Virus record (IMG/VR): IMGVR_UViG_3300025838_000032
Coordinates: 19,777 to 83,776 of that record
From: a virus
Taxonomy: Duplodnaviria > Caudoviricetes
Length of the DNA: 64,000 nucleotides
Direction: 5' to 3' (one strand)
Part shown: positions 18,515-26,834 of the stretch, in pieces
How the letters are laid out: each line of letters opens with the position of its first letter
Numbering within the stretch: position 1 is the stretch's first letter
Program-made: the position numbers and the translations under genes
Notes under the pieces: model-generated
What the model saw: the letters and a program-made list of their open reading frames with translations, nothing else
Told to the model about the DNA's origin: nothing
The model's database searches: none

Positions 18515-19528
18515 ATGAGTACTATCCTTCCCAATGGCGCTGTTGCCGAGCATCTCGCTCCGCGCACGGCCAAAAAGTCGGACGATTATGTCGCCGGTAT
18601 TGTAGAGGCTCAAGAGCGTCTCGCTGCGGCTACTGGTCGTAAGACTGCCACCCGTGAGGAGAAGCAGCGTCGTCTGGCCGGTGTTCTGGCTGACAAGGAC
18701 AACTACATGGTCCGTTTGGGCCAGGGTATGATCGGTCCTATCCAGCTGAAGCTCCGCTATCAGGGTATGACCCGTAACGTCCTCCTTGAGGATCCGTTAA
18801 CTCCCGGTGTCCCCGTCATGTATGACGTATTGGACGAGTATGGTCAGGCTTACATTCTTTCCGGTAACGAGGGTGAGGTCCGTGTGACTCCCTTCGAAGG
18901 TAAGAAGGTTCCAGTCCGCTTGTTCCGTATTGCCACCTTCCCTCAGATCAAGAAGGAAGACCTGTGGTACCTGCGTGTAAACATCGTTGAGTACGCTCAG
19001 GACATGTCCAAGCAGGCCATCATGATGCAGGAGGACGCCCGCCTTATCACCGTCCTCGAGGCTGCTATCAACAACTACGCTGTTGACCCCAACCACGTAG
19101 TTTCCCCCAACCACATCGTCAACGAGCTCTCGGGTTACATTACTCCTGACTCGATGTACGACCTCGTGGCCCTCATTGAGGTTCACCAGTTGGAGGCTAG
19201 CCGTCTTCTGTTCAACCCCATCGACTACCGTGACCTCTACAAGTGGGACATCAACCAGACTGGTTGGGCCTTCAAGGACCGCGTTGTTGCCGGTGAGCGT
19301 ATTGTTCAGTTCGGTGGCTTCCAGGTTCAGCGTAGCATTGAGGTCCCTCAGGGAACTGTTTACATGACTCCTAGCCCCGAGTTCCTCGGTGTCTTCCCTG
19401 TCATGTACTCGCTCGATGTTGAGGAGAACCACACCCCTGAGAAGTTCCACAAGGGCTGGGTCATGGACGAGCTCGTTTCCGAGATAGTCTTGAATCCACG
19501 TGGCCTTGGCAAGATCGTGAAGGCATGA
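18515..19528 (+). CDS. Major capsid protein (HK97 fold)
   Basis: 337 aa, strongest codon bias in the window; C-terminal GWVMDELVSEIVLNPRG resembles Bxz1-type myovirus capsids (recall). Confidence 0.85.
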   Translation: MSTILPNGAVAEHLAPRTAKKSDDYVAGIVEAQERLAAATGRKTATREEKQRRLAGVLADKDNYMVRLGQGMIGPIQLKLRYQGMTRNVLLEDPLTPGVPVMYDVLDEYGQAYILSGNEGEVRVTPFEGKKVPVRLFRIATFPQIKKEDLWYLRVNIVEYAQDMSKQAIMMQEDARLITVLEAAINNYAVDPNHVVSPNHIVNELSGYITPDSMYDLVALIEVHQLEASRLLFNPIDYRDLYKWDINQTGWAFKDRVVAGERIVQFGGFQVQRSIEVPQGTVYMTPSPEFLGVFPVMYSLDVEENHTPEKFHKGWVMDELVSEIVLNPRGLGKIVKA

Positions 19529-19563
19529 GTCTAGTTAAGTTTGTAAAGGCTTAATTAAATAAT

Positions 19564-20268
19564 ATGTCTAATGTTCGTAAACCAAAGTATGAGTTGAAAT
19601 GCCAAAAGTGTGACAACTCATACTTTGGTTACAGAACAGATTCACGTTTTTGTTCTCAAAAATGTATGTTTAGCAATACACAACAAAAAGAACGAGATTG
19701 TTTAACTTGTAACAACACATATGTTGGTTATGCAAATAGCAAATATTGTTCTTCTGAATGCCGAAAAGCTGCAGGAAATTATAAAAAACCTGGGAAAACT
19801 AAATCTGCAATCTGTATAGGTTGTGGAGAAGAATTTACTAGACCATCGTCTTATGCCTCAGCGATGAAGTACTGCTCTAATAAGTGCAGCCACTCAGAGA
19901 TAAAGCGCGTAAGAGATAGGTACGTAATGACACTCCACGAAGACACAATCGTTTTTCGTAGTACATGGGAGCTCAGATTTGTGGCCGCTTGCCTCAGATT
20001 TGGGCTCCCATGGAGACGATATGACGGTGACTATATCGAGACTTCTGAAGGAAATTACCGCCCGGACTTTATCGCTGGCCTTGAAGAATACGTTGTAGAA
20101 ATTAAGGGCTACATGAATTTTGAATCAGCCGTAAAGATTGAGGCTGGAAGACAGGCATTCGGAGATAAGTATATCTTACTTCTGGAAGAGGATCTTATCA
20201 GATTCGAAGAAACTGGTGAGCTCGATGTAAAGAATGTTTCTACTCGCTCTAGTGAGTGGATGAATTAA
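19564..20268 (+). mobile_element. Free-standing zinc-finger plus PD-(D/E)xK endonuclease (homing endonuclease-like)
   Basis: Three CxxC...CSxxC repeats then FRSTWE...YRPDF...VEIKG; AT-rich relative to the capsid gene. Confidence 0.75.
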
Positions 20269-20293
20269 AGAAATACCCTTGAAGTTGAATTAA

Positions 20294-20336
20294 CTAGGTA
20301 TAGAAAATCTCTTTACCTACCTAGGGCGAAAGCCCC
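20294..20336 (+). other. Tandem RNA hairpins (CTAGGTA/TACCTAG; GGGC-GAAA-GCCC)
   Basis: Direct inspection; GNRA tetraloop hairpin in the intergenic gap. Confidence 0.35.
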
Positions 20337-20357
20337 TTGAAGATAGGAAGCATTAAA

Positions 20358-20927
20358 ATGGCACCAAGAACCGTATCGAAATCAAGCGACGTTAGTAGCG
20401 AGAGCACTCCGGTCCCCGTTGTGGACTTGGGCGGTCACTACGAAGAGCACAAGGCTGATCCAGCGGATCGAGCTGCGGCCCTTCAGAAGCGACCTCCTGC
20501 TGCGTTTAAAGATATGCAGGATATACAGGTAGCAGATTGGATTGAGAACCTGATGGAAGGTTCCACTGTTTTTACCAGTGATAAGGGTAGCTTTAAGCTA
20601 GCCGGAGCCGGTTACCACAACAGTATTCAACCAATCGCTGAGGAAATTCGCAAAGATCCTTATTTGCTGAGAGCAGTGCAGCGCGGAAGAATTGCTTATA
20701 TAACTGCTGATGATGCGATGGAAAAGATCGCTGGGCTTAAGGATGAAAGTAGTACAAGCGAGAGTCACATGGACCATCTCCGTGAGAGTCTCTCCGCAGG
20801 AGCTAGCGAGAACACGGGCATGTACAAGATCCCGCTGCCAGACGAAGCAGAGCCTAAGGGTCCCGCTCAAACCTGGGAGCAGATCTGGTCCAACAGTACT
20901 AGCACTGCCAAGCCAAAGAACGTATAA
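20358..20927 (+). CDS. Hypothetical head-region protein
   Basis: AGGAAG RBS, ATG 20358 (MAPRTVSK). Confidence 0.7.
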   Translation: MAPRTVSKSSDVSSESTPVPVVDLGGHYEEHKADPADRAAALQKRPPAAFKDMQDIQVADWIENLMEGSTVFTSDKGSFKLAGAGYHNSIQPIAEEIRKDPYLLRAVQRGRIAYITADDAMEKIAGLKDESSTSESHMDHLRESLSAGASENTGMYKIPLPDEAEPKGPAQTWEQIWSNSTSTAKPKNV

Positions 20928-20969
20928 CAACCGGTGGACTGAAAAGCTCCACCTTTATAAGGAGCTTAA

Positions 20970-21230
20970 ATGAGCGACGAGATCAAGAACACAGTGAAGG
21001 CTGAAGAGGCCGAACCACTTGGCGCAGTTCTTCCTCAGAACACAGTTTTGAGTGGTACGACCATTTACAATGAGCCATGGTTCAGCGTCTGGGTCCCTCA
21101 GACCTTTGCCGGTGCCGTTGCTAGCGGTTACGCTGCCCCTACTTTGAGCGGTAACGGGTGGGCTGGAACGAACAACACTGGGTTCGCTTTCCAGAACGAC
21201 CAGTACAACACTACCGTAAGAGGCTTCTAA
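20970..21230 (+). CDS. Small virion protein
   Basis: 86 aa, AAGGAG RBS, high-expression codons. Confidence 0.65.
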   Translation: MSDEIKNTVKAEEAEPLGAVLPQNTVLSGTTIYNEPWFSVWVPQTFAGAVASGYAAPTLSGNGWAGTNNTGFAFQNDQYNTTVRGF

Positions 21231-21409
21231 TGGCAGTTAAAGTACCACCACACGCTGTAGTGACAACTCAGAGCAAGCCGGGAACTGTTATTGCTCAAGG
21301 GGTTTCCGTCCCAGACGTGAGCAAGCCTACTCCATCATACGTAACAGCAACAATGCACTCGAGCACTGCTCAGTCCGCACAACTCATCAACAGAATAGGT
21401 GATATATAA
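21230..21409 (+). CDS. Small hypothetical protein
   Basis: ATG overlaps upstream TAA (MAVKVPPHAVV); its stop overlaps the next ATG. Confidence 0.6.
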   Translation: MAVKVPPHAVVTTQSKPGTVIAQGVSVPDVSKPTPSYVTATMHSSTAQSAQLINRIGDI

Positions 21410-22404
21410 TGGTTACTCCAAACACCGCTACAGAAATGGCCAACAAGCTCGCGCTTCGTAGCGTTACGCGAGGTGGCGCGAACACATGGTTCGAAGCAAT
21501 TGATCCCGCTATCATGGTAAACGCCGCCGCGACCACGAACGGTCTTGTCGGGCTCTCGGTCCCGACGAACAACACAACGTTCCAGGTAGGTATCACCAGC
21601 GCAATTGCTTCGGGTGTGTTCGCCGTTACCGCCATTACTGGTGCTGGTTCGGGTTCATTCCCTTACACGATCACCTTGACTGGTTCTTCGGCTAGCGCCT
21701 TCTCTACGGGTAGCACGTTTAACGTAGCTGGTGTAACCACTACCACTGGTTATAACCAAGCCTACGTCATCAGCTCGGTAACCTATAGTGGAGCCTCCTC
21801 GGGAGCCACGACGTTTACCGCTTCTGGTACCACGAGTAACGTGGTCACTGGTGCTGCGACACTGACGAACGCCTGGGTGAGTGGTACTGGTTACGGTACT
21901 CTTACGACAACCTTGACCGGAACATCAACCGGGAACAATGTTGCCGCGCTTGTATCTGGTCTAGCTGCTGGGCCGCTGAGTGGTTATACATTCTACGCTA
22001 ATGCCGGAAATGCTAACTACCTATACGACACGACTACCACGCTGGTCATCCCTAGTGGTGCTGCGCTCGGTGTTGTTAATGCCCTAGGTACTGCGCCGGT
22101 TCTTACCTCGCTTGCCCTGAGTGGTACTAATGCCGAGGCGACGACCTACCCCAACTACACAGGTACTCCGAACGCTGTGCCTACGTGGGTAGACGACGCT
22201 ACGGTACACGCTACGCAGGTTGGTTTCAACGGTCTGGCTGTAGCCGCTACCACTCTGAGCGGTACTGGTCTTGTAACCCAGCAACAGGTACGTCAGATCC
22301 AGACCAATGTGTCTGAGACCCAGACGTACGCCGGTTACCAGGCTACCTACAGCGGTAACCTGTACCAGACTGGCCAGAAGAGAACGTACCGTCAGCAAAG
22401 CTAA
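21409..22404 (+). CDS. S/T/G/A-rich virion decoration protein
   Basis: 331 aa, capsid-like codon bias, about 12 SG dipeptides. Confidence 0.7.
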   Translation: MVTPNTATEMANKLALRSVTRGGANTWFEAIDPAIMVNAAATTNGLVGLSVPTNNTTFQVGITSAIASGVFAVTAITGAGSGSFPYTITLTGSSASAFSTGSTFNVAGVTTTTGYNQAYVISSVTYSGASSGATTFTASGTTSNVVTGAATLTNAWVSGTGYGTLTTTLTGTSTGNNVAALVSGLAAGPLSGYTFYANAGNANYLYDTTTTLVIPSGAALGVVNALGTAPVLTSLALSGTNAEATTYPNYTGTPNAVPTWVDDATVHATQVGFNGLAVAATTLSGTGLVTQQQVRQIQTNVSETQTYAGYQATYSGNLYQTGQKRTYRQQS

Positions 22405-22544
22405 TGGAACACTTACCTTTTGTTATAAAGGTTGATGCAGTAATTACTAGAGCCAATGGTGACCGTGAAGACCTCGGCACCATTGGTTCTACTGTATTGG
22501 AACTAGAACGTGATAACACTACTGACATCGAAGACGAGAAGTAG
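22404..22544 (+). CDS. Small protein (46 aa, AVITRANGDREDLGTI)
   Basis: Below the track cutoff; ATG overlaps upstream TAA. Confidence 0.5.
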   Translation: MEHLPFVIKVDAVITRANGDREDLGTIGSTVLELERDNTTDIEDEK

Positions 22545-23115
22545 TTTAGCCAATGCGATAGCAGGATCTGGTTACTCTCTGAGTGTGCCAAAATACCTGG
22601 CTTGGGGTATTGGTGCCGGAGATACTCAATCATCTGATATAGGTCTTTTCTATCCTGTTGGATCACCTATATCTGGAACAGTAAGTGTTATAACTACTTC
22701 TTCTTCTGGAGATACCTTTTTATCTAGTACTTCTTTGACTTCTTCTGGTAGTTATAAGATTACTGAGGTTGGTCTTTTTGACACTAATTCTAGTCCAGCC
22801 GTGGGGTTCTTGTCAAGTCAAGTAAATCCTGGCGATAAAACCATTACCATCAGCGGTTATTCACGCTTCCCAAATACCTTCCCGTTCTTTGTACAGGTCT
22901 ATGAAGAGGTCATGACGGTAATTTCTGGAAATGGTACCAATATCTTCAATGTAATTAGGGGCTCAAACGGCTCTAGTATGTTGATAACGATAATTCCTTC
23001 TCTCACTCCGGTGGTTGGACCAGCCGGGAATATGTTCATGAAGAGCAGCTTCCCAAGCATAAGTCTCGCTCCTGGTGATGGCGTTCAATTTAATATTAGT
23101 GTTCAATTTATTTAG
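22510..23115 (+). CDS. Minor structural protein (fibre-base type)
   Basis: PKYLAWGIGAG and ITEVGLFD motifs are typical of phage fibre/baseplate attachment domains. Confidence 0.6.
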   Translation: MITLLTSKTRSSLANAIAGSGYSLSVPKYLAWGIGAGDTQSSDIGLFYPVGSPISGTVSVITTSSSGDTFLSSTSLTSSGSYKITEVGLFDTNSSPAVGFLSSQVNPGDKTITISGYSRFPNTFPFFVQVYEEVMTVISGNGTNIFNVIRGSNGSSMLITIIPSLTPVVGPAGNMFMKSSFPSISLAPGDGVQFNISVQFI

Positions 23116-23123
23116 GAGCATAT

Positions 23124-23657
23124 ATGGCTAGTAGTTTCAACTCTACATTCTATTTCCCTCAGGAGGGTCTGAACTACCTTCTGAACCTATTCCCGCGAAA
23201 CACCGCTACGATCTCTGGTACGACATACATAGGATTGATTGGTACCCCATGGGCTACAATCAGCGGTTATGTGGCCGCTACCGATGAGCCGATCACACTG
23301 AACTCTGGTACATACACCGTTGCTGAGGTTTCTGGTATGACCGGCTACTCGCGTCAGGCGATTACTTCTGCGACGTGGAACGCTCCGGCGTTCACCACGA
23401 TTAGCATTAACACCAGTACCGGCATCCCTGTCCAGTACACGACTACATCGAGTGGTTATACTTGGACAAATACAGGAACAACTTTCTCCGGTATTAACGG
23501 TATTTTCATCACTCTTGGATCTGGTGTCAACTACACCAGTGCGAGCGGTGCCGTTATTTGGTATGCGCCATTCTCCGACCTCTCAACTGTTACGCTGGCA
23601 TCTGGTGACTCCTTGACCGTAACTCCTACCTGGCAGATGGCTTCTTACCCGTACTAA
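23124..23657 (+). CDS. Minor structural protein
   Basis: EGLNYLL...YIGL...GYSRQAI...VTLASGDSLTVT pattern; about 9 SG in 177 aa. Confidence 0.65.
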   Translation: MASSFNSTFYFPQEGLNYLLNLFPRNTATISGTTYIGLIGTPWATISGYVAATDEPITLNSGTYTVAEVSGMTGYSRQAITSATWNAPAFTTISINTSTGIPVQYTTTSSGYTWTNTGTTFSGINGIFITLGSGVNYTSASGAVIWYAPFSDLSTVTLASGDSLTVTPTWQMASYPY

Positions 23658-23676
23658 TGAGCTAGGGGCCTAGTCA

Positions 23677-26403
23677 ATGGCATTGAATATACCCAATATT
23701 GAATCATCGCCATCTTTTGACGCCCAATCTGTAACAGACTACACTGACGTATCCGCTTGGCTGGCTTTGAGCCAGGGTACTGGCGTCATTTCTGGTATGC
23801 AGGTAACGCCAAGTGCTGGTATGACGGTGAGCGTTGCTCCCGGTGCATTCACTATCAACAACGTCCAGCACTCGTATGCTGGTGGCACAGTCACGATCAG
23901 CGGTGCAGCAGCGTTCGATAGAAAAGACATAATAGTTGCCTCGGGTACAACGATATTTGTTGTGTCGGGTACGAACAGCACAGTATCGGGATGGACAAGA
24001 AGCTCGTCTTCCCTGCCACCAGTCAAGCCGGTTATCCCATCTAGCTCTGCTCTAGTCGCAGAGATCTACGTTGGTGCTGCCACCACAACCGTAGCAGCCG
24101 GTAACATCATTGACAAAACTGCCCTGAACGGAATTAGTAATAACTTTTTGCCGACGAGTGGTGGTACCGTTAGTGGTAACCTGGTCGTAGTAAGTGGGTT
24201 CACCGTCAGCGGTACAGTAAACGTAGTTAGTGGGGTTATCAGTACAAACAGTATTCCATTAGTATACGGATCAGGAAACTCCGCGAATGTTCCCAGTGGT
24301 GTAGCAATCGGTTATAAAGCACTTGCCGTGAACACAACATCTGGTATTAATAATATTGCAATAGGTACTACTGCAATGCAGGCTAATACTAGTGGTAGCT
24401 ATAACACTGTAGTAGGTAACCAGGCTAGCTATAGCGGTACAACAGGTGGATATATAACCGCAATTGGTTACCAAGCTGCATATAACAACGTAACAGGTGG
24501 ATATATAACCGCAATTGGTTACCAAGCCGGTCAGTCACAGATAAACAGTTACGGTACATACGTAGGATATCGTGCGGGATCCAACGATACTGGTTCGTAT
24601 AACATTATCATTGGTTATAACATCGGTGGTGGTGCAGGAAGCAACAACGTCGTTGTTGGTGCAGCCGCTACTGTTTCAACCTACAGTGGTTCCTCTGCCA
24701 TTGGTTATGGTGTACAGCTCGGAGGGCACAACAGCACTACTATCGGCTCCAATTCGGTCGGCTCCTCAGGATCCGTAACATTAGGATATTCTTCGAGCAC
24801 TATAGGCGCAACAAACACTGTTGCAATTGGAACAAACATACAAACTGCAGGTGCTTCTAGTGTTATTATGGGCATAAATGCCGGTGGTAACTATGGCACA
24901 AATGCAATGACGATTAATAGTGGTGTTGCAATCGGAGCTTATGCCGGTGGGTACGTCTCGGCGGGAACATCTGCATATGTTAATACCGGGTCGGTGGCAA
25001 TAGGTGCTTATGCTGGTACAAGCATACAGATAAACCCAATAACTGCCGTGGGGTTCCAAGCCGGGTACTCAGCATACGGGCAGTACAACACATATATCGG
25101 ATATAACTCAGGTTATCCCAACGGAACAAACGCAAGTACTCTGGCGATTGGACAAACCCTAGTTGGTTACAACACAGGACAGGCCAACGCCACACAGTCG
25201 AACTATATAACGGCCCTCGGGTACGGAGTAACCGTCGGTGCGTCGGGTGGTGTTGCGATAGGTGTAGACTACGCAGGTAACTCAGCGACCACATCTGTAG
25301 CGAATCAGTTCGTTCTCGGTACTGTCAACCACACGGTGGTTATACCTGGTACATTTGCCGCAAGCGGTGTAGCGACAGTAAGTGGTAGACAAATACTTAC
25401 AATAGTTCCAGGCACCCAGGCGGGTAAGAACTATATCATTAATGGTGCAATGGAAATTGCCCAAAGAGGTACGAGCACATCAGGTTCAACAACAACCGCG
25501 TACGGTCTAGATAGATGGGCTAACAAAGCTACGGTGGCGACTGGTGTTTATTACTCTCAAAGTACTAACCTATACCCGAGTGTCAACCAATATATACAGT
25601 ACTTCCAGCAGGTTGCCGCTTCAGGAACAACGAGTACGACTTGGTATTTAGGACAATCGTTAGAAAACAACATGGCGTTCTCTTTGCAGGGCCAAAATGT
25701 GACTCTGTCGTTCTGGTATAAAATCCCAGTTAACTTTACTAACTCTGTCAACGTAGCTCTGCAATATGCCACCGCCTCGGGTAACCAGAACATGGTTACT
25801 ACATCTGGTACAACAATAGCCGCAAGTACCGGGACAAACATTAGTACATCTACTACTGCTATTACTGCCAACACAAACTGGACATTCGCCCAGGCAACAT
25901 ACGCGGTTCCTTCCGGGGCGCTATCGCTCGGAGTTGTGTTTTCAAGCCTTACGAATACTGTATCTAGCGGTTTATTTCAAGTAACGGCTGTCCAATTAGA
26001 AATCGGTTCGTATGCATCACTTTTCTCAAGAGCAGGAGGAACATACCAAGGAGAGTTGGCGAACTGTCAAAGATATTTCTACCGTGTAGGCGGCAACAAC
26101 ACCTTCGAGCTCATGGGTACCGGTGTATGCACGACAACAGCCAACACGGCTTTCGTTGATATTAAGTTCCCAGTTACAATGAGATCTGCTCCATCTCTTA
26201 CAGCTGCGGCAGCATCTGGGTTCGGCATCATTACCGGTGTAACAACGACCGTAACCGGTATAACTCTGAACAACGCTTCCGTAGACCAAGCCGCTGTACA
26301 GCTCGTAGTTTCGGGCACCGCGACGGTAGCGGGGCAAGGATGTATCCTACAGGCCGGTAACAACACCACCGCAACCCTACAATTCTCGTCGGAGCTGCTA
26401 TAA
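23677..26403 (+). CDS. Long fibre/adhesin with YadA/Hep-Hag-like (AIG) repeats and C-terminal CBM-like domain
   Basis: Repeated xAIGYxA units; NYIINGAMEIAQRG...DRW and ELANCQRYF motifs typical of phage fibre tips. Confidence 0.8.
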   Translation: MALNIPNIESSPSFDAQSVTDYTDVSAWLALSQGTGVISGMQVTPSAGMTVSVAPGAFTINNVQHSYAGGTVTISGAAAFDRKDIIVASGTTIFVVSGTNSTVSGWTRSSSSLPPVKPVIPSSSALVAEIYVGAATTTVAAGNIIDKTALNGISNNFLPTSGGTVSGNLVVVSGFTVSGTVNVVSGVISTNSIPLVYGSGNSANVPSGVAIGYKALAVNTTSGINNIAIGTTAMQANTSGSYNTVVGNQASYSGTTGGYITAIGYQAAYNNVTGGYITAIGYQAGQSQINSYGTYVGYRAGSNDTGSYNIIIGYNIGGGAGSNNVVVGAAATVSTYSGSSAIGYGVQLGGHNSTTIGSNSVGSSGSVTLGYSSSTIGATNTVAIGTNIQTAGASSVIMGINAGGNYGTNAMTINSGVAIGAYAGGYVSAGTSAYVNTGSVAIGAYAGTSIQINPITAVGFQAGYSAYGQYNTYIGYNSGYPNGTNASTLAIGQTLVGYNTGQANATQSNYITALGYGVTVGASGGVAIGVDYAGNSATTSVANQFVLGTVNHTVVIPGTFAASGVATVSGRQILTIVPGTQAGKNYIINGAMEIAQRGTSTSGSTTTAYGLDRWANKATVATGVYYSQSTNLYPSVNQYIQYFQQVAASGTTSTTWYLGQSLENNMAFSLQGQNVTLSFWYKIPVNFTNSVNVALQYATASGNQNMVTTSGTTIAASTGTNISTSTTAITANTNWTFAQATYAVPSGALSLGVVFSSLTNTVSSGLFQVTAVQLEIGSYASLFSRAGGTYQGELANCQRYFYRVGGNNTFELMGTGVCTTTANTAFVDIKFPVTMRSAPSLTAAAASGFGIITGVTTTVTGITLNNASVDQAAVQLVVSGTATVAGQGCILQAGNNTTATLQFSSELL
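24441..24527 (+). repeat. 36-nt direct repeat, 51-nt period (TGGYITAIGYQA x2)
   Basis: aacaggtggatatataaccgcaattggttaccaagc at 24441 and 24492. Confidence 0.9.
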
Positions 26404-26822
26404 TGTCATCCTACTTAATCCCACTTGACATAAACAATGAGCCCAGCACGACAATAATTTATCTTATTGAAGATGATGGGTCTACGCTCTCTATACCGGT
26501 TGATCCTGACAATGCAGATTATCAGACATACCTGAACTCAGGTCTTACTGCTGCCGTGCAAGTCCTTTCCACTTCCCAGCAAGAAGCTATAGCAGCAGAA
26601 GCAGCCATTAAACAAGCGGTTGTACAAGCAGTAGCTAACCTAACGGCACTGGACTCACAAATGGCCCCAATGGTGGCTCAGGCGCAAACAGATTTAGCAA
26701 CTCTCGCGGCATCTACCGACCCATTAGCACCAATAATAGCTCGAGATATTGAAGGTTCCTTGACAATCGCGCAGGCTGTATCAGACATCCTTACGGCGCT
26801 TCAGCTTATTTCGACAGAGTAA
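26403..26822 (+). CDS. Fibre assembly chaperone-like protein
   Basis: SIPVDPDNADYQTYL motif directly after the fibre gene; helical C-terminus. Confidence 0.55.
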   Translation: MSSYLIPLDINNEPSTTIIYLIEDDGSTLSIPVDPDNADYQTYLNSGLTAAVQVLSTSQQEAIAAEAAIKQAVVQAVANLTALDSQMAPMVAQAQTDLATLAASTDPLAPIIARDIEGSLTIAQAVSDILTALQLISTE

Positions 26823-26834
26823 GAGAGCCATTAA

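Noticed and set aside
8795-19450. Long minus-strand ORFs (8795-9508, 15334-15930, 16475-16999, 17021-17569, 17895-18452, 18797-19450)
   Set aside because: Antisense shadows of strongly codon-biased plus-strand genes; no RBS or recognisable motifs.
19481-19490. GAGATAGTCT resembling the group I intron S element near the capsid end
   Set aside because: The capsid frame is intact through it, and no matching R element or P7 partner was found.
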